Assembly (NCBI RefSeq): GCF_001945605.1
Contig: NZ_MPKA01000083.1
Location: forward strand, 1-25,023
Length of the DNA: 25,023 bases
Direction of reading: 5' to 3'
Source of the DNA: Dubosiella newyorkensis
Lineage (GTDB): Bacteria > Bacillota_I > Bacilli_A > Erysipelotrichales > Erysipelotrichaceae
Made by a program: the position numbers and the translations under genes. Below are positions 1 to 7,584 of this stretch, one piece after another; positions within the stretch are counted from its first letter, which is position 1; the number at the start of each line of letters is the position of its first letter. Below the pieces are notes generated by a model, which searched no databases, was not told the DNA's origin, and saw only the letters and a program-made list of their open reading frames with translations.

Positions 1-96
1 AGTTTGAAAAGCAACAAGAAATGGGTTCTTAGGGATAGGGACCCGTAGTCAATGGAAAGCGGAACAAATTTTTTCGGATTTGTCAAAAACAGAAAT

Positions 97-393
97 TTAG
101 ATTGTCCTCAAACTTGACATAGTACCATTTTCTTTGTCAGAAGAAAGAAAATGAGGACGTCCCTGTTGTTTGATCGGCACCAATCCTTCTACGCCCTGCT
201 CACGAAAACGTTTGAGGATCTGATTGACAGTGGACGGATTGCAGCCGACGATTTTGGCAATTTCACGCTGCGTATAGCCTTCCAGAGAAAGGCGCACGAC
301 CATGCAATGGTTAAAAACACGATGAGTAGGATGGTCTTTTTCAAGAGTTTTGAGTTGTTCGAGAATTTCATCATTTGATAAAGCTGGATTCAT
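97..393 (-). CDS. IS630-family-like transposase N-terminal helix-turn-helix ORF (orfA or truncated transposase)
   Basis: The 98-aa ORF has the pattern 'LSLEGYTQREIAKIVGCNPSTVNQILKRFREQGVEGL...QQGRP', typical of IS630/Tc1 transposase N-termini. No DDE domain follows in frame. The rest of the element would lie beyond the window start. Confidence 0.6.
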   Translation of the reverse strand: MNPALSNDEILEQLKTLEKDHPTHRVFNHCMVVRLSLEGYTQREIAKIVGCNPSTVNQILKRFREQGVEGLVPIKQQGRPHFLSSDKENGTMSSLRTI

Positions 394-471
394 AGAGATA
401 CACTTCTTTCTATCTATCTTTATTATTGAAACGCTTTATTGTTTAAGTGTTAAATGATTTGAACAAGTCAT

Positions 472-672
472 TTGAGCAAAGGCGGATTATTTAGGATAAT
501 CTATATAGCAAAGCCGTTCGAGCATCGTATTCTGGGTGAAGGAGAGATCGACTTTCTGTCTTTGTTTGATTTTTTAAAGAATAAAGGTTTTTCAAAGGCG
601 GTTTCTTTGGAGCCGGAGGTGGATCCTGAAGGGGCGATCGAGTCGATGATTCGGCTAGATTCGATATTGTGA
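472..672 (+). pseudogene. C-terminal fragment of a xylose-isomerase-like TIM-barrel sugar-phosphate isomerase/epimerase
   Basis: The 66-aa ORF has only a TTG start and no RBS. The tail 'GEGEIDFLSLFDFLKNKGFSKAVSLEPE' resembles the C-terminus of AP-endonuclease-2/xylose-isomerase-like barrels. Upstream sequence (394-471) is AT-rich non-coding and abuts the IS ORF. Confidence 0.5.
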
Positions 673-689
673 ATTAATTAACAAATCAC

Positions 690-717
690 TTGCACTTCGT
701 ATCTCTTTTCTTATAAT
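690..717 (+). promoter_or_regulatory. putative sigma-A promoter (TTGCAC-16-TATAAT)
   Basis: -35 TTGCAC at 690-695 and -10 TATAAT at 712-717. RBS GAGGAG lies upstream of the ATG at 740. Confidence 0.4.
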
Positions 718-739
718 AAGGATAGAGGAGATAGGAAGT

Positions 740-922
740 ATGATCGTAGCAAGAGAAGAGTTTGAAAAAAACATTCAATATTTTATGAAACGACTCGAGA
801 AAGAAGAGGTTTTTGTGTTTGAACATGGAAAGTTGATCGCGACTCTCTCTCATCCAGATCGAGCGTCTCATGAATCCTCGAGTTCGATCGAGGATCGGTT
901 CGAACGGATCATGAATTGTTAG
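740..922 (+). CDS. small Phd/YefM-like (antitoxin-like) protein, no adjacent toxin
   Basis: The ORF is 60 aa with a good RBS. The N-terminus 'AREEFEKNIQYFMKRLEKEEVFVFEHGKLIATL' follows the Phd/YefM pattern. A hairpin with T-run follows directly. Confidence 0.45.
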   Translation: MIVAREEFEKNIQYFMKRLEKEEVFVFEHGKLIATLSHPDRASHESSSSIEDRFERIMNC

Positions 923-942
923 AGCGCTAGCGCTCTTTTTTC
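921..942 (+). terminator. rho-independent terminator
   Basis: GC palindrome agagcgctagcgctct followed by a T-run. Confidence 0.6.
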
Positions 943-993
943 TTTTTGGGTGTTTTTTTCTGAAAAAAAGTATGGTATAGTTTACTAGTAAAT

Positions 994-1068
994 GGCGCGT
1001 TCGGCAAGCGGTTAAGCCACAGCCCTCTCAAGGCTGTATCACGGGTTCAAGTCCCGTACGCGCTACCA
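994..1068 (+). tRNA. tRNA-Glu (anticodon CTC)
   Basis: Cloverleaf folded by hand: acceptor GGCGCGT/ACGCGCT, D-arm AAGCGGTTAAG and T-arm ACGGG-TTCAAGT-CCCGT. The anticodon stem is CAGCC/GGCTG with loop CTCTCAA, placing CTC at 1027-1029. CCA is encoded. Confidence 0.9.
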
Positions 1069-1077
1069 TAGTCTATA

Positions 1078-1114
1078 AACCCTTAAGGATATTCCTTAAG
1101 GGTTTTATTTTTTT
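1078..1114 (+). terminator. rho-independent terminator after tRNA-Glu
   Basis: 12-bp stem aacccttaagga/tccttaagggtt followed by ttattttttt. Confidence 0.8.
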
Positions 1115-1148
1115 AGAAAAAAAGTCCTTTGAGCAAGACTCAAAGGAC
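1112..1148 (-). terminator. rho-independent terminator of the minus-strand membrane-protein gene
   Basis: 10-bp stem gtcctttgag/ctcaaaggac with a T-run on the minus strand (plus-strand aaaaaaa at 1115-1123). Confidence 0.7.
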
Positions 1149-1152
1149 AAAA

Positions 1153-1575
1153 TTATTGATTCTTTACACTTTTCTCATTTAAATAAGCGCCGATCAAATA
1201 GAGGACCGAAAGAGCGATCACGATCAAATAAGCGATCCAGTTGAGATTTCCATTTTCACTATAGTAGAAGAAGGCTTCTAAAATGAAAAGGGCGATCATT
1301 CCGAAACCATACCATTTAAGTGTTCTTGTATATAGAAGGTTCGAGGCCATCTTGACGCCTAAATATCCAACAGCGATCTCAGCGACCGAAACGAGCATGC
1401 CAACGGCTAATCTTCCGGAATCGAGGATAAACATTTGTCCAAGGACGCTTCCTTGGATCGTTCCGATGATATCATCCGAGATCATCCCGCCGATTTGGAT
1501 ACATAGCGTGATGACGCCTAATATAACGAATAGATAGCCTGTTGTTTTCAGTAAAGTACTTCCTTTTGCTTCCAT
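1153..1575 (-). CDS. small integral membrane protein (about 4 TM segments), unknown function
   Basis: The 140-aa ORF has four hydrophobic stretches. It lies on the same strand as, and downstream of, the repressor gene. Its own terminator follows. Confidence 0.65.
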   Translation of the reverse strand: MEAKGSTLLKTTGYLFVILGVITLCIQIGGMISDDIIGTIQGSVLGQMFILDSGRLAVGMLVSVAEIAVGYLGVKMASNLLYTRTLKWYGFGMIALFILEAFFYYSENGNLNWIAYLIVIALSVLYLIGAYLNEKSVKNQ

Positions 1576-1661
1576 GTCTATTACCTATATCCTTTCGTAA
1601 TTATCTTACGTTCGTGAAAATTGAAGTTCAATTGTTATGCAATAGACAGTCGGTGTTTGGC

Positions 1662-2375
1662 TTATCGATGGAATTTTCCGAGGACTTTTCCCACGCAGCG
1701 AACATCCATTTCCGGTTTGAGCAAGATATCGGAATAAGCTGGATTGATCGAGTGAAGCGTGTTGGAATGGTATTCCTTGATAAAAGAAGAGCCATCGACG
1801 ACAAAAATGCCGACTTCGCCGATGTTGACGGATTGCTGCTTCTTTACTTTCACGTATTCGCCATCCATGAATTTAGGCTCCATGCTGTGTCCATCTACTT
1901 TCAAGATATAGTCGATCTTGCGATTGGCTGGCGTGTCTTCAAGCTCGATCGTTTCTTGATCGACATTCTCATCCATATAGTTCCCGCTTCCGGCTGCTGG
2001 AGAGACTTGATAAAAAGGAACTTGGATGACCGGAGTGTCCGTGAGGGTTTCTTCTTCCGTGTGATCGAGAAAGCGAAGGATCAGTTCATCGATCGATTTT
2101 CTTTGCCACGATTCGAGTGAACGATAGTTTTCTATATGCTTTTGTTCGAGAGTCGAGAGCTCTGCGTAATCTTGATCTTCGCTCCAATCCAAGATCTGAT
2201 TGGGATCCACATCTAAGATGCGGCATAGATTCAAGATCATATCTGCATCAGGCTTATTGTCTCCTCGTTCCCAGTTAGAAATCACGTTTTTTGTTTTTCC
2301 AAGCATCTTGGCTAAGTCGCCTTGAGTGATTTTTTTACGTTTTCGCGCTTGGCGGATCTGATTGGATAAAGACAT
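1662..2375 (-). CDS. CI/LexA-like repressor: XRE-family HTH fused to S24 peptidase domain
   Basis: N-terminal HTH 'ITQGDLAKMLGKTKNVISNWERG'. C-terminal S24 signature 'VDGHSMEP' (Ser) and 'FIKEY' (Lys). An Ala-Gly candidate cleavage site occurs in 'SPAAGSG'. Confidence 0.85.
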   Translation of the reverse strand: MSLSNQIRQARKRKKITQGDLAKMLGKTKNVISNWERGDNKPDADMILNLCRILDVDPNQILDWSEDQDYAELSTLEQKHIENYRSLESWQRKSIDELILRFLDHTEEETLTDTPVIQVPFYQVSPAAGSGNYMDENVDQETIELEDTPANRKIDYILKVDGHSMEPKFMDGEYVKVKKQQSVNIGEVGIFVVDGSSFIKEYHSNTLHSINPAYSDILLKPEMDVRCVGKVLGKFHR

Positions 2376-2506
2376 ATCTGCATCGCTTCTTATTTAAAAT
2401 ATCGAACATTTCCAAAAAGAGGAATCCGATGGATCCTAACCGTATAAAGTAAGAAGCGCTCCTTTCTTTTTTACATAATTCCTGGATACGATTAGAATTT
2501 TGTTTT

Positions 2507-2620
2507 TCTGTATTTATAATACCAAAAGCATAAAGAAAAATACAGATAAATTATCAGAATTTATATGTTTTTTTGGATTGAATTCTAATATTTTCTGTGT
2601 TAATATCCGCATGTACAGAA
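2507..2620. promoter_or_regulatory. divergent switch region with face-to-face promoters and TCTGT/ACAGA operator-like repeats
   Basis: Plus-strand TATAAT at 2515-2520 overlaps a minus-strand extended -10 (TGgTATTAT; hexamer at 2516-2521). These are bracketed by the inverted repeat TCTGTATTT (2507-2515) / AAATACAGA (2538-2546). A second promoter, TTGAAT(2578)-17-TAATAT(2601), is overlapped by TTCTGT (2593-2598) and TACAGAA (2614-2620). Confidence 0.5.
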
Positions 2621-2650
2621 TTAATGTGATTTAAGAAAGGATGGTACACG

Positions 2651-2827
2651 ATGAGTTACGAATTTATGGACATGATCAACAATCATTTAGAGGAAAATAT
2701 TCTCATCAAGCAGCAGCGGGAAGAGGAGCTGGCCAAGAAAAAACAAATGCGGATACAGAAAATCTTGACTTGCATCCTGAGCGCTGGTCTGATTCTACTT
2801 TCTTTCATGATGGAGACGCCGCATTAA
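2651..2827 (+). CDS. 58-aa protein with C-terminal transmembrane segment (below the cutoff of the ORF track)
   Basis: My translation is MSYEFMDMINNHLEENILIKQQREEELAKKKQMRIQKILTCILSAGLILLSFMMETPH. RBS AAGAAAGGA lies about 9 nt upstream. The sequence is far more protein-like than the overlapping 75-aa track ORF at 2641-2868. Confidence 0.55.
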   Translation: MSYEFMDMINNHLEENILIKQQREEELAKKKQMRIQKILTCILSAGLILLSFMMETPH

Positions 2828-2893
2828 AACGAATAGTCGACTTACAAGTATTCAAGAAACGAGTGTGATAGAATCTAAATAAGGAGGTTCTAT

Positions 2894-3148
2894 ATGCCGA
2901 ATAAAACACATCAAGACGCGATCAAAGAATACGGGTACAAGATCGGTCCAGCGGAAGTGGATACGAATACGAACCCTGTAGCCTATTATGTTGAAGATGA
3001 ACAGGGAAAGCGCACAAAGATCACAAATAATGAAGCGCTCGAGTTCATCGCGAATGCGAAAATGGGGAATCATGACGGGAATATCCATACGTATGACAAC
3101 TATGTTCAATTGTTCAATATTTTAGGAATTCGACCAAAATTATGGTAA
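2894..3148 (+). CDS. hypothetical 84-aa protein
   Basis: Strong RBS AAGGAGG lies 7 nt upstream and a terminator follows. I recognise no family. Confidence 0.6.
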   Translation: MPNKTHQDAIKEYGYKIGPAEVDTNTNPVAYYVEDEQGKRTKITNNEALEFIANAKMGNHDGNIHTYDNYVQLFNILGIRPKLW

Positions 3149-3153
3149 TTTTG

Positions 3154-3184
3154 AACCGATTTTATTTAAAAATCGGTTTTTTTA
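3154..3184 (+). terminator. rho-independent terminator
   Basis: Stem aaccgatttt/aaaatcggtt followed by ttttt. Confidence 0.75.
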
Positions 3185-3208
3185 TGGGAAAAATGCGAAA
3201 AAAGGGTT

Positions 3209-3246
3209 TTGAAACCGTTTACACTTTTGCTTGAAAGCGTTAAAAT
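3209..3246 (+). promoter_or_regulatory. hppA promoter (TTTACA-17-TAAAAT) overlapped by a consensus cre box
   Basis: TTGAAACCGTTTACA (3209-3223) fits WTGNAANCGNWNNCW at every defined position. -35 TTTACA is at 3218-3223 and -10 TAAAAT at 3241-3246. Confidence 0.5.
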
Positions 3247-3282
3247 AGGACTAGTTTTTAAGTTGAGAAAGGAATAGAGATT

Positions 3283-5373
3283 ATGGAATTTACTTCAACT
3301 CAAATGGTGACGATCTTAGGAGCCATCATCGTGATCGCTGTTCTTGCTTTGCTTTATGCGCTGAACTTATTCATGACTGTTAAAAACGAAAGTTCAGGAA
3401 ACAAGAGAATGCGGGCCTTAAGCTCTTATATTCATGAAGGAGCTATGGCATTCTTAAAGCGAGAATACAAGATCATTATCATTTTTATCATTGTTGTCGC
3501 TCTTCTTTTAGGCGGGCTTGGTTTTATTCCATCGCTCCAGGGAATCGATGGCGTTGGTTTGAATGGCGCAATCTGCTTTGTCGTGGGTGCTTTTAGCAGC
3601 GGCTTGGCTGGATTTATCGGAATGCAGGCGGCCACGATGGCTAACGCGAAAGTGGCGCAGGCCGCGAAAGAAAGAGGAATGTCAAAGGCGCTCAACATCG
3701 CGTTCAATGGTGGTTCTGTTTTAGGGATCAGCGTCGTAGGCTTTGGTCTTTTAGGGCTTGCGGCATTATATATGATCTTCACATTTGTTTTAGGGGATCC
3801 GATCCAAGCGGTTCCCGTTGTCGCTGGTTATTCGCTTGGCTGCTCGTTCATCGCTTTGTTCGCCCGTGTAGGGGGCGGTATTTATACGAAGGCGGCTGAT
3901 GTAGGCGCCGACTTGGTAGGTAAAGTCGAAGCGGGTATCCCGGAAGACGATCCACGAAATCCTGCTGTTATCGCTGACAATGTTGGTGATAATGTCGGGG
4001 ATATTGCCGGTATGGGTTCGGACTTGACTGAATCATATGTTGGTTCGATCGTTTCTGCGATATCGTTAGGTTTGACAGTCACGATCTTAGGTGAAAATTA
4101 TACATTGCAGGCGGCCCTTTTCCCGTTTTTGATCGCAGCTGTCGGGATCATCGCTTCGATCTTAGCGCAATTGTTCGTGCGGATGAAGAATTGGGAGAAT
4201 CCGCAAAAAGCGTTATCGATCGCGACTTATGTGGCTACTGGTATCGTCTTGCTCGCCGCTTGTTTGGCAAGTTCTTGGTTGTTTGGAACGTTCATGCCAT
4301 TCCTTTCAGTAGCAACTGGACTGATCGTGGGTATTCTTTTAGGAAAGATCGCCGAATACTACACTTCGGATGAATATGGAAAAGTCAAAGAGATCGCTTC
4401 GGAATCTCAGACTGGCCATGCGACAAATATCATCGCTGGTTTTTCGGTGGGAATGGAATCGACGATGTTGACTGTCCTCGCGTTGGTGGGCGGCATCATT
4501 TTATCGTATTTGTTTTTTGGAATGTATGGGATCGCGCTTGGTGCAGTTGGAATGCTTTCTACTTGCGGAATTACAGTGTCTGTTGACGCCTATGGTCCGA
4601 TTTCGGATAATGCGGGCGGTATTGCGGAAATGGCCGAGCTGGATCCAGGTGTTCGTAAGATCACGGATCGTCTAGATTCTGTGGGCAACACGACAGCCGC
4701 GATGGGAAAAGGATTTTGTATTGGTTCGGCTGCCTTCACCGCGTTGGCGATGATCGTTGCGTTTGCGGAAGCGGCGGATTTGACAGTGATCTCGTTATTG
4801 CAGCCGGGTGTCTTGATCGGATTGCTTTTTGGCGCGATGCTTCCTTATTTCTTTACCGCTTTAACGATCCGTTCGGTAGGGAAAGCGGCGAACCATATGA
4901 TCAATGAGGTGCGTCGTCAATTTAAAGAAGATCCAGGAATTATTGAAGGCACATCGAAACCGGATTATGCCAAGTGTGTCGATATTTCGACGGCGGCAGC
5001 TTTGAAAGAAATGATCGTTCCTGGCTGCATCGCGATCGTATCTCCGATTTTGATCGGTATCCTTCTTGGCTGCCAAGGTCTTGGAGGCATGTTGATCGGG
5101 GCTTTGATCTCAGCGATCATGCTCGCGGTGTTCATGGCCAATTCTGGCGGCGCGTGGGACAATGCGAAAAAATATATCGAAAGCGGGCAATTTGGAGGAA
5201 AAGGTTCTGATTCTCATAAAGCGGCAGTTACGGGCGATACGGTCGGAGATCCATTCAAAGATACGGCAGGGCCGGCGATGGATATCTTGATCAAGTTGAT
5301 GTCGGTAATTTCTTTGATGCTAGCTCCAGTTCTTATGAAGCTGACTCCTCTATTGAGCTTCTTGTTTCAATAA
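3283..5373 (+). CDS. hppA: membrane-integral pyrophosphatase, K+-dependent type (Na+/H+-translocating)
   Basis: 696 aa and multi-TM. Motifs present: [36 protein letters not shown] and [14 protein letters not shown]. 'GNTTAA' (nt about 4684-4701) has Ala rather than Lys at the K+-dependence signature position. Confidence 0.95.
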   Translation: MEFTSTQMVTILGAIIVIAVLALLYALNLFMTVKNESSGNKRMRALSSYIHEGAMAFLKREYKIIIIFIIVVALLLGGLGFIPSLQGIDGVGLNGAICFVVGAFSSGLAGFIGMQAATMANAKVAQAAKERGMSKALNIAFNGGSVLGISVVGFGLLGLAALYMIFTFVLGDPIQAVPVVAGYSLGCSFIALFARVGGGIYTKAADVGADLVGKVEAGIPEDDPRNPAVIADNVGDNVGDIAGMGSDLTESYVGSIVSAISLGLTVTILGENYTLQAALFPFLIAAVGIIASILAQLFVRMKNWENPQKALSIATYVATGIVLLAACLASSWLFGTFMPFLSVATGLIVGILLGKIAEYYTSDEYGKVKEIASESQTGHATNIIAGFSVGMESTMLTVLALVGGIILSYLFFGMYGIALGAVGMLSTCGITVSVDAYGPISDNAGGIAEMAELDPGVRKITDRLDSVGNTTAAMGKGFCIGSAAFTALAMIVAFAEAADLTVISLLQPGVLIGLLFGAMLPYFFTALTIRSVGKAANHMINEVRRQFKEDPGIIEGTSKPDYAKCVDISTAAALKEMIVPGCIAIVSPILIGILLGCQGLGGMLIGALISAIMLAVFMANSGGAWDNAKKYIESGQFGGKGSDSHKAAVTGDTVGDPFKDTAGPAMDILIKLMSVISLMLAPVLMKLTPLLSFLFQ

Positions 5374-5378
5374 CGATT

Positions 5379-5406
5379 GACCGAACTATCGTTCGGTCTT
5401 TTTTTT
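5379..5406 (+). terminator. rho-independent terminator
   Basis: gaccgaac-tatc-gttcggtc followed by T8. Confidence 0.85.
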
Positions 5407-5453
5407 GTGAAATTACTTTGTTAAGATGATTTTAGGATAGGGAGGCATGAGAG

Positions 5454-7349
5454 ATGTTAGGGATCCGCCAGCAAGAATTATTTGATCTAATGGATCAAAA
5501 TGAGTTTCGTTCCGCCACGTATTTTTCAAAACAATTGAATGTGAGTCTTAAAACAGTTCGGAATGATATTAAAAAGCTTGATTGCGCTTTGCGTAAGTAT
5601 GGTTCGAAAATCGAATCCAAACCTCATTACGGGTATCGTTTAGTCATCGTGGATCAAGAAGCGTTTAAAAACTTGCTTAGCGAAGTCAATTCGAAAAACA
5701 CATTAGCTGATTATGATCGAAATACGTATTTATTGCGCCTATTGTTGATGAGGGGCGATTTCATCAAGATCGAAGATTTGTGTTCGCAGCTATATGTCTC
5801 GAGGACCAGTATCACGAATTCGATCCGGCAAATCGAAAGCATCTTGGAACAATATTCTTTGTCGTGTATTCGAAAGCCGTCGCAAGGGATCCGGATCGAG
5901 GGGGAAGAGTTCGATATTCGAAGACTGCTTTGCTACATGCTGCTCAAAGACAACTATCTAGAAGGGCTTATACAGCAAGAAACAGAACAGTATTGGCTCG
6001 CGCATACGATCATCGAACTGCTCAACAAATATGATTTGCATTTGACCGAAGTCGCGTTGAATAGTTTTATCAATTATGTTTTCGTAGGTATCAATCGAAT
6101 GTTGAGCGGCAAGTTCGTGAACTTGAATTTAAATGTGGAAAGTTTCAATGCGATCGGGATCAAGGAATCAAGCTTCTCGAACGAGCTGATCGAGACGTTA
6201 GAGAATAAATATAATATTACGTACACCAATGATGAAAAGAATTATATTTTACTGTATTTAGGCGGGAAACAAATGGCGGGCGGTGGCTATTCGATCGAGA
6301 GCGATGATAATTTTATTTTTAATCGAGAGATCGATCAATTATCGTTCGATATGATCGAATTGATCAAAACGGAGTTTCAGATCAATTTTCCAAATAATTT
6401 TGAATTGCGCATGACGTTGAATCGTCATCTTGTTCCGCTCGATATTCGTATGCGCTATGGTCTTCCGCTTACGAATCCAATGATCGAGGAGATCAAGAAA
6501 AATTATTCGCTCGCTTATGATATGGCTATACGCGCCTCAAGCGTGCTCGTCAACCATTATCATCGTTCGCTTTCGGAAGATGAAATTGGATATTTGGCTT
6601 TGATTTTCGCGCTTCAACTCGATAAAGATTCGGAAGAGTTTTTGAAAAAGTCTAACGTGCTCATCGTCTCTAATGTCACGACTTCAGCAATGAATCTATT
6701 CAAGCTCAAATATGAAAAGATATTTTCCAACACGATCAATCATTTATATGTATCCGATCTGATGGGGTTGAGGAATTTTGATTTTTCTCTTGTCGACTAT
6801 GTCTTTACGACACTTCCTTTGACAGTAGAAGTGCCTAAGCCGATCTTTGAGATCAATTCTTTTATGAATGATCATGATATTCAGTCGATCGAAGAAGCTT
6901 TATGGCGTGCTGAGTCGAATGAATTGCGAAATTTCTATACGCCGAAGCGTTTTTTGACGAATATTAGTGGCGACGACAAGGAGAGCGTGCTCAAACAAAT
7001 TTGCACGATCATAGAGGAGCAAGAAGATGTTTCGGATGATTTCTATGATCTTGTGATGCAACGTGAAGAATATCCACATATGATGTACAACAATATGATC
7101 GCTATGCCGCATCCCAACCGTATTTGTTCGGCTTACACGTTTGCGTATATCGCGATCTTGAAAGAGCCGATCATCTGGAACGATGAAATGGTCAAAGTTG
7201 TTTTGTTGTCTTCTCCAGGCAGTCAGGATAGTCGGAATCGTCAGCGTTTTTATGAGATCACCGCGAAATTTGCGCTGAATAAAGAAGCGATCCAAGAGCT
7301 GATCCAAAATCCGACCTTCTCGACTTTCATCGAATTGCTAGGAATTTGA
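5454..7349 (+). CDS. PRD-domain transcriptional activator, LicR/MtlR-type (HTH-PRD-PRD-EIIB-like-EIIA-like)
   Basis: 631 aa with an N-terminal HTH 'FRSATYFSKQLNVSLKTVRNDIKKL' and central PRD-like repeats. The C-terminal EIIA(Mtl/Fru)-like block carries 'MIAMPHPN'. The gene sits directly upstream of the PTS genes. Confidence 0.8.
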   Translation: MLGIRQQELFDLMDQNEFRSATYFSKQLNVSLKTVRNDIKKLDCALRKYGSKIESKPHYGYRLVIVDQEAFKNLLSEVNSKNTLADYDRNTYLLRLLLMRGDFIKIEDLCSQLYVSRTSITNSIRQIESILEQYSLSCIRKPSQGIRIEGEEFDIRRLLCYMLLKDNYLEGLIQQETEQYWLAHTIIELLNKYDLHLTEVALNSFINYVFVGINRMLSGKFVNLNLNVESFNAIGIKESSFSNELIETLENKYNITYTNDEKNYILLYLGGKQMAGGGYSIESDDNFIFNREIDQLSFDMIELIKTEFQINFPNNFELRMTLNRHLVPLDIRMRYGLPLTNPMIEEIKKNYSLAYDMAIRASSVLVNHYHRSLSEDEIGYLALIFALQLDKDSEEFLKKSNVLIVSNVTTSAMNLFKLKYEKIFSNTINHLYVSDLMGLRNFDFSLVDYVFTTLPLTVEVPKPIFEINSFMNDHDIQSIEEALWRAESNELRNFYTPKRFLTNISGDDKESVLKQICTIIEEQEDVSDDFYDLVMQREEYPHMMYNNMIAMPHPNRICSAYTFAYIAILKEPIIWNDEMVKVVLLSSPGSQDSRNRQRFYEITAKFALNKEAIQELIQNPTFSTFIELLGI

Positions 7350-7515
7350 CTCTGCCCTTTCCGTTTGTGGCAATGTGGGTTAACGTGGGATCATGGTAAG
7401 CATTTTGTTCCAAAAATGGGCAAATTTTGTGAACAATGTAGAAATATCGGGAAAAATTCAGTATAATCTCCTTGTTAGCGCTTAATTACCACTTTTATTC
7501 TAGTAAAATATTCTG

Positions 7516-7543
7516 TTGAAGTTTAGTTGAAGAATACTATAAT
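7516..7543 (+). promoter_or_regulatory. putative sigma-A promoter of the PTS operon (TTGAAG-16-TATAAT)
   Basis: -35 at 7516-7521 and -10 at 7538-7543. Confidence 0.45.
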
Positions 7544-7559
7544 TAAAGTGTGAAACGAA

Positions 7560-7573
7560 AGAAAACGTTATCA
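7560..7573 (+). promoter_or_regulatory. cre-like box in the PTS leader
   Basis: AGAAAACGTTATCA matches TGWAANCGNTNWCA except at the first base. It lies just downstream of the predicted -10. Confidence 0.4.
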
Positions 7574-7584
7574 TTTTTATGAAA

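Noticed and set aside
1542-2120. 192-aa plus-strand ORF
   Set aside because: It is entirely antisense to the well-supported HTH+S24 repressor gene. It has no RBS, and its sequence is low-complexity and not protein-like.
2641-2868. 75-aa track ORF downstream of the repressor switch
   Set aside because: The sequence is implausible and the start context is poor. The alternative frame starting at 2651 has an RBS and a sensible helical plus TM sequence, so I called that instead.
1069-3282. attL/attR-type direct repeat of the tRNA-Glu 3' end delimiting an island
   Set aside because: I searched by eye for GTCCCGTACGCGC-like sequence downstream and found none. No integrase is present either.
6900-7307. 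135-aa minus-strand ORF
   Set aside because: It is antisense to the EIIA-like domain of the PRD regulator, with no independent support.
7470-7486. cre-like sequence TTGTTAGCGCTTAAT in the PTS upstream region
   Set aside because: It has the central AGCGCT core but mismatches at three constrained consensus positions. The 7560-7573 site is much better.
7394-7489. 31-codon ORF (MVSILFQKWANF...) in the PTS leader as a possible leader peptide
   Set aside because: It has no convincing RBS and lies upstream of the predicted promoter.
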